Shown piece by piece: positions 54,672-64,000 of a stretch of DNA of 64,000 bases. The notes under the pieces are model-generated. The model searched no databases, was not told where the DNA came from, and saw only the letters and a list, made by a program, of their open reading frames with translations. The position numbers and the translations under genes were made by a program. Origin of the DNA: Limisphaerales bacterium (lineage in GTDB: Bacteria; Verrucomicrobiota; Verrucomicrobiia; Limisphaerales; SXTU01); assembly GCA_009773355.1 (NCBI GenBank), contig WRPG01000002.1, positions 64,391-128,390 of the forward strand, written 5' to 3'. How positions within the stretch are numbered: the first letter of the stretch is position 1; the number at the start of each line of letters is the position of its first letter.

Positions 54672-55610
54672 ATGAAAGCTCGAGGCACATCGGCTGGACC
54701 CAAAGGCGGCGGTGGGTGGGGAGCGAGCAAGGGGAAGGGCACGCACCGCAGCGCAGTCCGGGCCGCGTTTCTGATGGCGGTTTTGCTGGCCGTTGCGAGC
54801 CTGCCGGCCCAGACCAACTTTCCGGTCGTCACCAATTATGCGGAACCGGTCCGGCCAACCTCGCTGCCACCTCAGCCCATGTTGCCGGTGCAGCCGATGC
54901 TGCCACCGCAACCGGTCCTGCCGCCGCCGGCCATCCTGCCGCCATCGCCGGTTTTGCCATCGCCGCTGATGCTGCCGCCACAACCCGTCCTGCCGTCGCC
55001 GCCGATGCTTCCCGCCGCCGCCATCCTGCCAATGCAAACGATGCTGCCGGCCCAACTGATGCTTCCGCCGGTGCCCTTGCTGTCCGTTCAACCCCTGCTG
55101 CCGCCGCAACCGATGCTGGCACCCCAACCCATCCTTCCGGCGCAGCCGATGTTGCCCGCTCCGGCGATCCTGCCAGCGCAGCCAGTCCTTCCCGAACCGC
55201 CGATGCTCCCGCCGCCGCCGGCGTTGCCCTCCGCAGCGGTGAAAACGGTCCAGCCCGGACCGCCCGCTGCCAAGCAGCCGGCTCGCGTCACGAACGCCAC
55301 CGCTCAGTCCAAAATCCGGCAGCCAGCCAGCCGCCCGCCTACAGCCACCGCCAGCCAGCCAGTGCGTCCGAATCGTCAGCCGCCCGCCGTGCTGGTCCAA
55401 CCCGCGCGACCGCCTAATCGTCCGGCGACACCCGCCGTTGTCACTCAGGCTCCCCGCGTGAATCGCCCGCCGACGGTCGTGGTCGGCCAGCCGGTGCGGG
55501 TGAACTGCCCGCCAGCGGTAATCAACCAGCCGGCGCGGGCGATCCCCACGCCGCCCGTCAGCCCGAGCCAGCCAGCCCGAGTGAACCAGCCGCCGGGGTT
55601 GAGGAAATGA
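54672..55610 (+). CDS. secreted proline-rich repeat protein
   Basis: Signal AAFLMAVLLAVASLPAQT. About 20 tandem hexapeptides P-x-P-[MVIL]-L-P, then QPARVN.PP-type repeats. Confidence 0.6.
   Translation: MKARGTSAGPKGGGGWGASKGKGTHRSAVRAAFLMAVLLAVASLPAQTNFPVVTNYAEPVRPTSLPPQPMLPVQPMLPPQPVLPPPAILPPSPVLPSPLMLPPQPVLPSPPMLPAAAILPMQTMLPAQLMLPPVPLLSVQPLLPPQPMLAPQPILPAQPMLPAPAILPAQPVLPEPPMLPPPPALPSAAVKTVQPGPPAAKQPARVTNATAQSKIRQPASRPPTATASQPVRPNRQPPAVLVQPARPPNRPATPAVVTQAPRVNRPPTVVVGQPVRVNCPPAVINQPARAIPTPPVSPSQPARVNQPPGLRK
54863..55230 (+). repeat. 18-nt tandem coding repeat (CCG CAA CCG ATG CTG CCG-like)
   Basis: The periodic hexapeptide LPPQPM/LPVQPM/LPPQPV... reads directly from the sequence. Confidence 0.8.
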
Positions 55611-55896
55611 GGTAAAAGGGAACGCCCCGCCGAAACCGCTAGCCAGCGCGGATCAAGCCGTCGCTGGCATCGCGCGACGATGGCAGGCTGGCAGTGAACC
55701 ATGTGCCGCTCCCAGCCGTCCGGCCGGTTCACGACGCCTTGTGGAGTAGAGGGGAGAGATTTCACGCGCCGCCAAGTTTCGCGGTTTCAGCCCCTGAACC
55801 GGAGCGCAGGAGTCCATCCTGCGCGTTCCTGTTCAGCCCCCCTCGCGCAGGTTGGACACCTGCGCTCCGCCCGGTTCACGGATGCTTAAGCGGACC

Positions 55897-56913
55897 TCAC
55901 AGCCGGTTGAACCGGTGCACGCGCCCATAGACGTTGTATTCGGCCACGAAGATGTCGCCGGCGGCGTTGAAGGCCACGCCATGCGGCGCGGTGACAAAGC
56001 CGGTGCGCCAGACTTCCGGCTTGGTCTGGTTGTTCTTCACCTCGGCCTTCTCGGTGTTCAGACCCAGCCGGGCGACGAGCTTGCCTTCCTTGTCGAGCAC
56101 GCTGACCGCGCCGCCGATTTCCCCGACGAGCGCGTAGTCGCCCTGCACGGTGATGGCGGCGGGAGCGAGGAGATCCTTGGCCACGACGCCGAGCAGTTCG
56201 CCGTCCAAGGACAGGTGGACGACCCGGAGAGCTTCACGGTCACAGCAGATGATGCGGTTGGGGGTGAAGCGGGTGTCCACGGCGATCTTATGGAGCGTGG
56301 TGAAGTTGTAGGGAGCCTTTTTGCCGCCAAAAGACTTCTGATACTTCCCGCTCTTGTCGAAGCGGTGGACGTAGCTCGAGGAGTAGCCGTCGGTGACGAA
56401 CCAGTCGCCATTGGGCGCGATGTCCATGCCGGTGAGGCGGACGAAGGACTTGCCCTCGTTGGGATCCTTGATGATCTCGCCCTTGTCGTTCTTCTTCTTG
56501 CTCGGGCCGGTCTTGTTCTTGAACTCATCCGGGATGGCGGAGGCGGGGATTTCAAGCACCTTCTTCCCTTCGAGCGTGAGCTTGAGGATGGTCTGGCCAC
56601 CGAGGCGCGGGCCGTAGATGAACTCGCCATCGGCCTGCTTCTTGATGACGAAGCCGTGGAAATCGGCGGGCGCGTCGGGGAGGTTGCGGAGCCACTTGCC
56701 GTCGGGGGCATAGACCTGCACGCCAGCTTTCGGGTCCATGGTGCTGACATAAACCTCGCCCTTGGAGCTGACGGCGATGTCGCCGTGCATGTTGCCGAGG
56801 GTGGGGCGGCCGGCGGGGAGCTTGAGCCAGTCGGCGGTGGCCTTCCAGTCGGCGGCGCGGGCGGGCAGCAACAGGGCGGTGAGAGTGAGGGTGGCAAGCA
56901 GTGAATGGCGCAT
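55897..56913 (-). CDS. NHL-repeat beta-propeller protein, secreted
   Basis: Signal MRHSLLATLTLTALLLPARA. Repeated ..G.FV.PHGVAF...GDIFVAE.. style NHL blades. Confidence 0.7.
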   Translation of the reverse strand: MRHSLLATLTLTALLLPARAADWKATADWLKLPAGRPTLGNMHGDIAVSSKGEVYVSTMDPKAGVQVYAPDGKWLRNLPDAPADFHGFVIKKQADGEFIYGPRLGGQTILKLTLEGKKVLEIPASAIPDEFKNKTGPSKKKNDKGEIIKDPNEGKSFVRLTGMDIAPNGDWFVTDGYSSSYVHRFDKSGKYQKSFGGKKAPYNFTTLHKIAVDTRFTPNRIICCDREALRVVHLSLDGELLGVVAKDLLAPAAITVQGDYALVGEIGGAVSVLDKEGKLVARLGLNTEKAEVKNNQTKPEVWRTGFVTAPHGVAFNAAGDIFVAEYNVYGRVHRFNRL

Positions 56914-57016
56914 GGTGATGTGTGTCTGTTCTGTGGGCGGACGCGGAAACGGGACAACAAATTCGCGCGCGCTGTCAACGCTGCGGTTTGATGCCAGGCC
57001 GGAAGCCAAGGATTCC

Positions 57017-57727
57017 CTACGCCGCCAGCGCCGCCGGCTTCTGCCCCAGCGCGTGGATCATGCTCTCGAAGATCAGCCGGCCGTCAGTGCTGCCCAGCAG
57101 CGGCTCACAGGCCCGCTCCGGGTGCGGCATGAGGCCGGCCACGTTGCGGCGCTCGTTGCAGACGCCGGCAATGCCCTCCAGCGCACCGTTGGGGTTGGCA
57201 TCGTCGGTGACGTCGCCTTGCGCGTTGCAATACTGCCAGAGGATTTGGCGGTTCGCCTTCATCTGCGCCAGCGTGTCGGCGTCGGCGAAGTAGCAGCCCT
57301 CGCCGTGCGCGATGGGCACCCGCAACAGCTTGCCGGCGGGAATCTGAGACGTGAACGGCGAGTCATGCGCCACGGTCTTGAGGAAGACGTGCTCGCAGCG
57401 GAACTGAAGTGAGCGGTTGCGGATGAGCGCGCCGGGCAGCAGGTGCGCCTCGCAGAGCACTTGGAAGCCGTTGCAGATGCCGATGACCAGGCCGCCGTTG
57501 TCGGCGAACTGCTTCACCGCCTGCATCACCGGGCTGAACCGCGCGATGGCCCCGCAGCGCAAATAATCCCCGTAGCTGAAGCCGCCGGGCACGATGACCG
57601 CGTCGGCGTCGCCGAGGGAACTGTCCTTGTGCCAGACCAGCCGGGCGGAATGGCCGAGCACGCGCATGGCGTGGACGGCGTCCTGGTCGCAGTTGGAGGC
57701 GGGAAATTGGAGGACGGCGAAGTTCAT
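57017..57727 (-). CDS. purQ: phosphoribosylformylglycinamidine synthase subunit PurQ (glutaminase)
   Basis: [37 protein letters not shown] (catalytic Cys), PHPER. Confidence 0.9.
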   Translation of the reverse strand: MNFAVLQFPASNCDQDAVHAMRVLGHSARLVWHKDSSLGDADAVIVPGGFSYGDYLRCGAIARFSPVMQAVKQFADNGGLVIGICNGFQVLCEAHLLPGALIRNRSLQFRCEHVFLKTVAHDSPFTSQIPAGKLLRVPIAHGEGCYFADADTLAQMKANRQILWQYCNAQGDVTDDANPNGALEGIAGVCNERRNVAGLMPHPERACEPLLGSTDGRLIFESMIHALGQKPAALAA

Positions 57728-57732
57728 GGGGG

Positions 57733-57818
57733 AAGTGGCAGGTGGCAAGTGGCAGGTGACACGGGCCGGGGCCGAACACGCGACGACCTGTCACATGTCA
57801 CTTGCCACGTGTCACCCT
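57733..57818. repeat. GTGACA/GGCAAGTG-rich palindromic intergenic element
   Basis: GTGGCAAGTGGCAGGTGACA on the left and TGTCACATGTCACTTGCCAC on the right, between purS and purQ. Confidence 0.5.
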
Positions 57819-57824
57819 TGGATT

Positions 57825-58067
57825 TCACTCAATTTCCAGTTTGTAATCTTCAATCACCGGGTTGCTCAGGAAGCGGTGGCACGCCTCGTTGATGGCCTGC
57901 TGCGCGGCGGCACGATCCGTGCCGGGCGCGAGGTCAATCTCCACATACTTGCCCACATGGACGCCCGCGACACCCGCGTAACCCATGTGCTCCAGCGCGC
58001 TCTGCACGGTCTTGCCCTGCGGATCGAGGACGGCCTTCTTCGGCGTGATGATGATTTTGGCTTTCAT
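57825..58067 (-). CDS. purS: phosphoribosylformylglycinamidine synthase subunit PurS
   Basis: 80 aa. KAVLDPQGKTVQSALEHMGY..V..VHVGKYVEI. Sits upstream of purQ. Confidence 0.9.
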   Translation of the reverse strand: MKAKIIITPKKAVLDPQGKTVQSALEHMGYAGVAGVHVGKYVEIDLAPGTDRAAAQQAINEACHRFLSNPVIEDYKLEIE

Positions 58068-58137
58068 TCAAATGCGGGTGCTCCCGCGAAAACGAGGCGG
58101 ATGGTGGGCAACGCCTCCCGGCGAGGCGAGTGTTTTC

Positions 58138-59034
58138 TCAACTTAACTCCGGCGCGCCCTGGCCCTGCTCCCGTCGCCGATACTCACTCGGCGCGTATTG
58201 GGTGAACTGCTTGAAGTCGCGGCTGAAGTAGAAGGCGTCGGCGTAGCCGCATTGCAGGGCGATTTCCTTCACGGCGTCGGTGGTCTCGGTGAGGCGGCGC
58301 TTGGCCTGGTTGATGCGCTCGCGGCGCAGCCAGTTGATGGGGCTGGTGCCCATGACGTGCTTGAAGGTCCGCGCGAAGTGCGACGGACTCATCCCGGCGA
58401 GTTGCGCCAGTTCGCTTACGCGGAGCGGCAGGTGGTAGTAGAGGCGCATCCGCTCCAGCGGGCGGCGGAGCAGTTCGGGGATGCTCGGCGCGGGTATGCC
58501 ACTCGGATCGGAGGCGATGCGTTGCTGGAAGAGCAGGGCGATCAGCCGCGCGACTTCGGCGTGCAGGCGCGCCTCGGCGTCGGGCTTCAACGATTCCATC
58601 TGCTGGAAAACCCGGCGAAAGACCGGGCCAAGGCTTTTCAACTCCGTGGTCATCGCCGGGAAACCGCCGCCGAACAAGTTCTGCTCCACCCGGTCCAGCC
58701 GCGGTCCGTCAATGCGCGCCCAATACACTTCCCACGGCGACGCCGCGTCCGCCCAGTAAGCGTGCGGGTGATGGCAGTTCACCCAGAGCAGTTGCCCGGC
58801 GCTGATGCTGCCCGCCTTGCCGCGCAAGCGCGCATGGCCCTTGCCGCGCAGGCAGAGAATCAACTCGTGGCCGGGGTAGTGGTCGCGCTCGATGCGGTGC
58901 TCCGGACCGGCCACCAGATGCCCCGCACGGACCGAGGTGTAAAACGCGTCGCGTGCGAGGTCGCTCGGCGTGTGATAGAGCGAAATTGGAAAGCGTGACT
59001 TGGCCGGCGGGCGGAGCACGGCGCGATTGTTCAT
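58138..59034 (-). CDS. AraC-family transcriptional regulator
   Basis: Cupin-like N-terminal domain. C-terminal HTH LAQLAGMSPSHFARTFKHVMGTSPINWL..IALQCGYADAFYFSRDFK. Confidence 0.85.
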   Translation of the reverse strand: MNNRAVLRPPAKSRFPISLYHTPSDLARDAFYTSVRAGHLVAGPEHRIERDHYPGHELILCLRGKGHARLRGKAGSISAGQLLWVNCHHPHAYWADAASPWEVYWARIDGPRLDRVEQNLFGGGFPAMTTELKSLGPVFRRVFQQMESLKPDAEARLHAEVARLIALLFQQRIASDPSGIPAPSIPELLRRPLERMRLYYHLPLRVSELAQLAGMSPSHFARTFKHVMGTSPINWLRRERINQAKRRLTETTDAVKEIALQCGYADAFYFSRDFKQFTQYAPSEYRRREQGQGAPELS

Positions 59035-59174
59035 GGCCGGTCGCGGAAAAGTCAATGGACGCGCCACTGCGATTCGTCAATGTTAGCGCAGAACTTGAAA
59101 CGAACTCCGCCCGTGCGGCTGCGCCTTGAAGCGGACGCGCTGGTGGGCCGGAGTTCACAGCGACACCGAAGCCT

Positions 59175-60548
59175 ATGTTGAACGTCACCGGACCCGGCTC
59201 CATCACCACCTGCGACGGCATCACGCGCCGCGACTTCCTCCAGGTCGGCACGCTCGGCGCGCTCGGCCTCTCGATGGCGGACTTTTCCGCCGCCCAGGCC
59301 GCCGGCAAGGTCGCGGACGGCAACGACGGGAAGTCGGTCATCATGATCTTCAACCTCGGCGCGCCGAGCCAGCAGGATCTCTTCGACCTGAAGCCCGACG
59401 CGCCCAGCGAGATTCGCGGGCCGTTCAAGCCCATTGCGACCAAGGGCGATTTCCAGCTCTCCGAGCTGCTCCCCGGCCACGCGAAGGTCGCGGACAAATT
59501 TTCGCTCGTGCGCTCCTGCTACCACACGGCGGCGGCGGTGCATGACACCGGCCACCAGATGATGCAGACGGGCCGGCTCTTCAGCGGCGGCATCGTCGTG
59601 CCGCACGCGGGCTGCGCGCTGGAGTTTCTGAAGGGCCGGCGCAGCGAGCTGCCCGCTCACGTCATCCTCCCCGAGCCGATGGGGCCGACCGGCGGCAATA
59701 TGCCGCACGGGCAGGACGCGGGCTTCCTCGGCAAGGCCTACGACCCCTTCGTGCTCAACGCCGACCCGTCGCAGAAGGAGTTCAAGGTGCCCGACCTGCT
59801 TCCGCCCAAGGAAATCGGCGAGGCCCGGCTCGCCCGGCGGCGCGAGCTGCGGCAGATCGTGGACGACACGGTGAAGAAGTTCGAGGCCAGCGAATCCGCG
59901 AAGCTGATGGACTCCAACTTCGCCGCCGCCTACCGGCTGATGACCAGCGAAAAGGCGCGCGAAGCCTTCGACTTGACGAAGGAGCCGCTCGCCGTCCGCG
60001 AACGCTACGGCATGACGCGCTTCGGCCAGTGCTGCCTGCTGGCGCGGCGGCTCGTCGAGCGCGGCGTGCGCTTTGTGACCGTCAACACCTTCATCACCGT
60101 CTTCGGCGAAATCACCTGGGACATCCACGGCTCGAAGCCCTTCACGAGCATCGCCGGGATGCGGGACATCGTCGCGCCGATGTATGACCAGGGCTACAGC
60201 GCGCTCATCGAAGATCTCGCGCAACGCGGCCTGCTGGGCAACACGATGGTCTGCAACCTCGCCGAGTTCGGGCGCACGCCGCGCATCAACCCCGCCGGGG
60301 GCCGCGATCACTGGCCGAACTGCTGGACGATGTATTTCGCCGGGGGCGGCGTGAAGGGCGGCCGCGTCGTGGGCCGCAGCGACGACATCGGCGCGTATCC
60401 CGCCGAGCGCCCCGTGAACCCCGGCGAAATCGTCGCCACCATCTACAAGAGCCTCGGCCTCGACCTCGACACGCATCTGCCCGGCCCGCAAGGGAGGCCG
60501 TTTGCGCTGGTGGACTTCGGGGTGAGAGAAGTGAAGGAGTTGTTTTGA
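59175..60548 (+). CDS. DUF1501 domain protein, Tat signal
   Basis: ITRRDFLQVGTLGALG, EFGRTPRIN, GRDHWPNCW. Confidence 0.85.
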   Translation: MLNVTGPGSITTCDGITRRDFLQVGTLGALGLSMADFSAAQAAGKVADGNDGKSVIMIFNLGAPSQQDLFDLKPDAPSEIRGPFKPIATKGDFQLSELLPGHAKVADKFSLVRSCYHTAAAVHDTGHQMMQTGRLFSGGIVVPHAGCALEFLKGRRSELPAHVILPEPMGPTGGNMPHGQDAGFLGKAYDPFVLNADPSQKEFKVPDLLPPKEIGEARLARRRELRQIVDDTVKKFEASESAKLMDSNFAAAYRLMTSEKAREAFDLTKEPLAVRERYGMTRFGQCCLLARRLVERGVRFVTVNTFITVFGEITWDIHGSKPFTSIAGMRDIVAPMYDQGYSALIEDLAQRGLLGNTMVCNLAEFGRTPRINPAGGRDHWPNCWTMYFAGGGVKGGRVVGRSDDIGAYPAERPVNPGEIVATIYKSLGLDLDTHLPGPQGRPFALVDFGVREVKELF

Positions 60549-60553
60549 ATTGA

Positions 60554-61246
60554 GTGAATCCAAGAACCCAATCGCAGAATGCGCGTGCAAAAGCCTTCAC
60601 GCTGGTTGAGTTGCTGGTGTCCTTGGCCATCATCGGCCTGCTTGCTGCGCTGCTTGCAGCCGCCCTTCCAGCGGCCATGAAAAGGGTGCGGATTCACTCT
60701 TGCTCAACCAATCTTCGCTCGCTCGCTGTTGGCTTGCTTAATTACTCCTCGGACCACAATGCGAGGGTGCCCGGTGCCAACCGGCCAAACTCAGGGTTGG
60801 CCAGCCTGTCCAATTATCTCAGCACCCCAAAGATTCTGGTTTGTTCATCTGACAACCAGATAATGGGAACCACCGACAAGGCACGAGGTGTTGCCACCCG
60901 CTTCTCGGGACTCCAGCTCACCAACGTCAGCTACTTCTACTCGGGGCATCGAGAGTATGGGAGCAGCGCCGTCTTGGCGGGAGATCGGAACTTTGGTGAA
61001 AGCTGGTCGGGGAGGACGCCCTACTATCCTCTCGCGCCGGGCATTCACACGATAGTGACAAACGCGCTCTACGGCTGGTATCGGTTCGTGCATGAGCAGA
61101 AAGGGAACTTCGCAATGGCAGATGGGAGCGTGCGATTGACCAAATCCGAGGAGGCGAATCTGACTTTCCGAAATCAACCTCTGTGGCCTGGCAACAAGGT
61201 GACCTTCATCGCTCCTGACCCGTCAACCTCGATCAGATGGCCGTAG
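60554..61246 (+). CDS. prepilin-type N-terminal cleavage/methylation protein (H-X9-DG-like)
   Basis: AFTLVELLVSLAIIGLLAALL, and C-terminal HEQKGNFAMADGSV. GTG start. Confidence 0.8.
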   Translation: MNPRTQSQNARAKAFTLVELLVSLAIIGLLAALLAAALPAAMKRVRIHSCSTNLRSLAVGLLNYSSDHNARVPGANRPNSGLASLSNYLSTPKILVCSSDNQIMGTTDKARGVATRFSGLQLTNVSYFYSGHREYGSSAVLAGDRNFGESWSGRTPYYPLAPGIHTIVTNALYGWYRFVHEQKGNFAMADGSVRLTKSEEANLTFRNQPLWPGNKVTFIAPDPSTSIRWP

Positions 61247-61391
61247 CAATGCATAAGGACCTTGGAACGCTGGTCACTCAGCCTCGTCCCGGAGGGACGC
61301 CTGAAGGTAGCCGGTGGAAAGCCCGCTCCGGCAGGCCAAACCACAATACCGAAGTTGTTTTCGTTGTGCTGACGCCCCATCTTCAACCGTG

Positions 61392-62024
61392 ATGAACGCG
61401 CTGCTCGAACCCATCCTGAAATCCCCGGCGCTGCCCAGCCACCTGGCCGAGTTGGAGCGGGCGATGGAGGCCGAGCGCGAGCGCCGCGAGGTCTTCTACG
61501 ACGAAATCACCGAGGACCACACCTGGGAGTTCATCAACGGACAAGTCATCATGCACTCACCCAGTCGCGCTGCGCATTCTGTCGTCGTGGACAACCTTCA
61601 CTTCGCCCTCCGCCAGCACATCCGGGCCCACAAGCTCGGCTGGATTGGCAGTGAAAAATCCCTCTGCGTCTTTCCCCGCAACGACTACGAGCCGGACATC
61701 GTCTTCTTCGGCCCCACCAAGGCGCGGCTAATCAAGCCGGACACCATGAAGTTCCCCGTGCCGGACTTCATCGTCGAGGTGCTCTCGCCCTCCACCGAGA
61801 AGAACGACCGGGGTGTGAAATGGGAGGACTACCAGACCAACGGCGTCGGCGAATTCTGGATTGTGGACCCGGACGCAAAGACCGTGGAGCAATACCTCCT
61901 CAAGGATGGCCGGTATCCCAAGCGCGCCACCGCGCGCTCGGCGGGCGTGCTGGAAAGCGTCGTCGTGCGCGGCTTCAAGCTGCCGGTGAAGGCCATCTTC
62001 GACACAGACACCGCACTCGCCTGA
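61392..62024 (+). CDS. Uma2-family (DUF820) PD-(D/E)xK endonuclease
   Basis: EFINGQVIMHSP, YEPDIVFF, VPDFIVEVLSPST, K..YQTNGVGEFWIVDP. Confidence 0.8.
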   Translation: MNALLEPILKSPALPSHLAELERAMEAERERREVFYDEITEDHTWEFINGQVIMHSPSRAAHSVVVDNLHFALRQHIRAHKLGWIGSEKSLCVFPRNDYEPDIVFFGPTKARLIKPDTMKFPVPDFIVEVLSPSTEKNDRGVKWEDYQTNGVGEFWIVDPDAKTVEQYLLKDGRYPKRATARSAGVLESVVVRGFKLPVKAIFDTDTALA

Positions 62025-62029
62025 TTTCA

Positions 62030-64000
62030 ATGAAGCTCCTGTTTTATTTTATTTCGCTGGCCTGTTTAACACTCGGCGTCCGGGCCGAATCCCTCACCCT
62101 CATTCCCGCCAAGTTCACTCTCGATGGCCCCGCCGCCGAGCAGCGGCTTGTGCTGGAACTCGCCGATGGCAAGATCTTGCTCGGCCAGGTCACGAACAGC
62201 GTCGCGTTCACCTCCAGCAATCCCAAGGTCGTCCGCATTGAGGACGGCATCGCGGTGGCCGTGGGCAATGGCACTGCCACGGTTACGGGCAAGTCCGGGC
62301 GCAGTTCCGCGAAGGCCGAGGTGCGCGTGGTGAACATGGACAAGCCCTTCGCGTGGAACTTCCGAAACCACGTCCAGCCGGTGCTCGCCAAGACCGGCTG
62401 CAGCATGGGCGCGTGCCACGGCGCGTTCGCGGGGCAGGGCGGGTTCAAGCTCTCGCTGCGCGGCTGGGATGACGAGGGTGATTTCCGCTCCATCACGCGC
62501 TCGGCGCTGGGCCGCCGCGTCACGGTCGCCGAGCCAGCGCACAGCCTCCTGCTCATCAAGCCCACCGCCGCCGTCCCGCACAAGGGCGGCGACCGGTTCG
62601 GCACGAACTCGCTCGACTACCGCATCCTGGCCGAGTGGGTCGCGAACGGCACGCCCGCCCCGCGGCCCGAGGACGCGCGCATCACCAGGCTCGAAGTGCT
62701 GCCGGAGCAGGTCTTCCTCAAGGCGGGCGTCCCGCAGCAAATCCTCGTGCGCGCCACCTTCTCGGACGGCGAGGTCCGCGACGTGACGCGCTGGGCGAAG
62801 TTCACCAGCGCCAACGGCTCCGTGTGCAGCATCGGCGAGGACGGCATGGTCACGGCCATCGGCCCCGGCGAAGGCCCCATCTCGGCGTGGTATCTCAGCC
62901 GCATCGCCATGGCGACCGTCACGGTGCCCTACCAGAACAAGCTCGCCGCGAGCACCTTCACCAAGGCTCCGAGGCGCAACTTCATTGATGAGCTGGTCAA
63001 CGAGAAGTTGAAGGCACTCAACGTCCCGCCCTCGCCGCGCTGCTCGGACTCGGAGTTCCTCCGGCGCGCGTTCCTCGACACCACCGGCATCTTGCCGACG
63101 GCGGCGGAGGTGCGTGAGTTCCTTGCCGACGCTTCCCCGAAGAAGCGCGACGCGCTCATCGAGCGCCTGCTCGCGCGGCCCGAGTTCGTGGACTACTGGA
63201 GCTACAAGTGGAGCGACCTGCTGCTGGTCAACGGCGCGAAGCTCCCGCAGCCCGCGATGTGGAGCTACTACCAGTGGATTCGCGGCCAGGTGGAGGCGAA
63301 CACGCCGTGGGACGAGTTCGTGCGCCAGCTCGTGACCGCGCGCGGCAGCACGCTGGACAACGGCGCGGCGAACTACTTCGTCCTCCACGACGATCCGACG
63401 CTCATGGCCGAGACGACGACCGTCGCCTTCATGGGCTTGGCCATCAACTGCGCCAAGTGCCACAACCACCCGATGGAGAAGTGGACCAACGACCAGTATT
63501 ACGAGTTCGCCAACCTCTTTGCTCGGGTCCGCACCAAGAACGGTTCCGGGGGCGAAGGTGACAAGGTCATCTTCGCCGCTGCGTCCGGCGACGTGCCCGC
63601 ACTGCTCTCCGGCAAGCCGCTCCCGCCGCGCCCGCTCGACGGCCAGGCCATCGCGATTGACGCGCCCGGCGACCGCCGCGAGGCGCTCGCCGCCTGGCTC
63701 ACGTCGCGCGACAATCCCTATTTCACGCGCGCCATCGCGAACCGCGTCTGGGCGAACTTCATGGGCGTCGGCCTCGTGGAAGCCGTGGACGATTTGCGCG
63801 TCACGAACCCGGCCAGCAACGAGAAACTGCTCTCCGCGCTCGCGAAATTCCTCGCCGACCAGCGCTATGACTTGAAGTCGCTCATGCGGCTCATTCTCCA
63901 GTCCGAGGCCTACCAGCGGGGCAGCGAGTCCGGGCCGGGCAACGCCGGCGACCAGCGCTACTACTCGCGCTATTACCCGCGCCGTCTGATGGCCGAGGCG
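62030..64000 (+). CDS. Ig-like (Big_2) / PSCyt / DUF1549 / DUF1553 protein; the 3' end runs off the window (not in the ORF track)
   Basis: I translated 657 codons from the ATG at 62030 with no stop. Signal MKLLFYFISLACLTLGVRA. GCSMGACHG. DSEFLRRAFLDTTGILPT. YWSYKWSDLL. CAKCHNHPMEKWTNDQYY. FTRAIANRVWANFMGVGLVE. Confidence 0.85.
   Translation, partial: MKLLFYFISLACLTLGVRAESLTLIPAKFTLDGPAAEQRLVLELADGKILLGQVTNSVAFTSSNPKVVRIEDGIAVAVGNGTATVTGKSGRSSAKAEVRVVNMDKPFAWNFRNHVQPVLAKTGCSMGACHGAFAGQGGFKLSLRGWDDEGDFRSITRSALGRRVTVAEPAHSLLLIKPTAAVPHKGGDRFGTNSLDYRILAEWVANGTPAPRPEDARITRLEVLPEQVFLKAGVPQQILVRATFSDGEVRDVTRWAKFTSANGSVCSIGEDGMVTAIGPGEGPISAWYLSRIAMATVTVPYQNKLAASTFTKAPRRNFIDELVNEKLKALNVPPSPRCSDSEFLRRAFLDTTGILPTAAEVREFLADASPKKRDALIERLLARPEFVDYWSYKWSDLLLVNGAKLPQPAMWSYYQWIRGQVEANTPWDEFVRQLVTARGSTLDNGAANYFVLHDDPTLMAETTTVAFMGLAINCAKCHNHPMEKWTNDQYYEFANLFARVRTKNGSGGEGDKVIFAAASGDVPALLSGKPLPPRPLDGQAIAIDAPGDRREALAAWLTSRDNPYFTRAIANRVWANFMGVGLVEAVDDLRVTNPASNEKLLSALAKFLADQRYDLKSLMRLILQSEAYQRGSESGPGNAGDQRYYSRYYPRRLMAEA

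Noticed and set aside
54423-55400. 325-aa minus-strand ORF rich in GRQ/RRQ repeats opposite the proline-rich gene.
   Set aside because: It is the mirror image of the 18-nt tandem repeat. It has no signal, start context or motifs. The plus-strand product has a signal peptide and a coherent repeat structure.

Overview
High-GC chromosome (about 65% GC by eye) whose gene content points to the PVC superphylum, Verrucomicrobiota or Planctomycetota. Evidence: DUF1549/DUF1553 plus DUF1501 gene pairs, a DUF1592-family cytochrome-like protein, H-X9-DG pseudopilins and many Tat-signal oxidoreductases. Core flanks cover 1-8.2 kb and 44.9-64 kb. They carry ordinary metabolism: D-aminoacylase, TIM-barrel isomerase, Gfo/Idh/MocA oxidoreductase, amidohydrolase, DJ-1, uxuA plus an MFS transporter, purS/purQ and an AraC regulator. 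Between about 8.26 kb and 44.4 kb lies a compositionally mosaic mobile island of about 36 kb. It has two large serine recombinases (9944-11794 and 42607-44097), a replication-relaxation protein, a CHC2/Toprim primase and two paralogous TraD/HerA-type P-loop ATPases. Its cargo includes: (1) an AT-rich cell-envelope cassette (GT-C/PIG-V-like glycosyltransferase, GtrA, pseudopilin, Cys-rich lipoprotein, MauE-like protein); (2) an AT-rich caspase-fold protease inserted between the ATPase and the relaxation gene; (3) a row of individually terminated and re-promoted genes resembling a conjugative leading-region anti-defence set (DUF6166-like, WGR-DNA ligase, Zn-ribbon protein, truncated N6-MTase-like protein, ArdC-RadC fusion); (4) a 1868-aa RHS polymorphic toxin with a PD-(D/E)xK-like C-terminal domain and an adjacent immunity gene; (5) a YD/FN3/Ig/RCC1-repeat secreted protein; (6) a membrane protein plus a 1026-aa ATPase with a nuclease-like C-terminal domain. 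Non-coding signals: a 63-nt element repeated three times upstream of the anti-defence-like genes, a TTGCCG-N4-CGGCAA palindrome upstream of at least seven island genes, a 155-bp nested inverted repeat at 19.7 kb (candidate oriT or RNA), four 21-bp-phased ACGCGTNAC repeats just past the terminal recombinase, and a REP/MITE-like palindromic element with one copy inserted in frame in a conserved CDS. No rRNA, tRNA or CRISPR array was seen. All functional calls rest on motifs read by eye; no database search was run.
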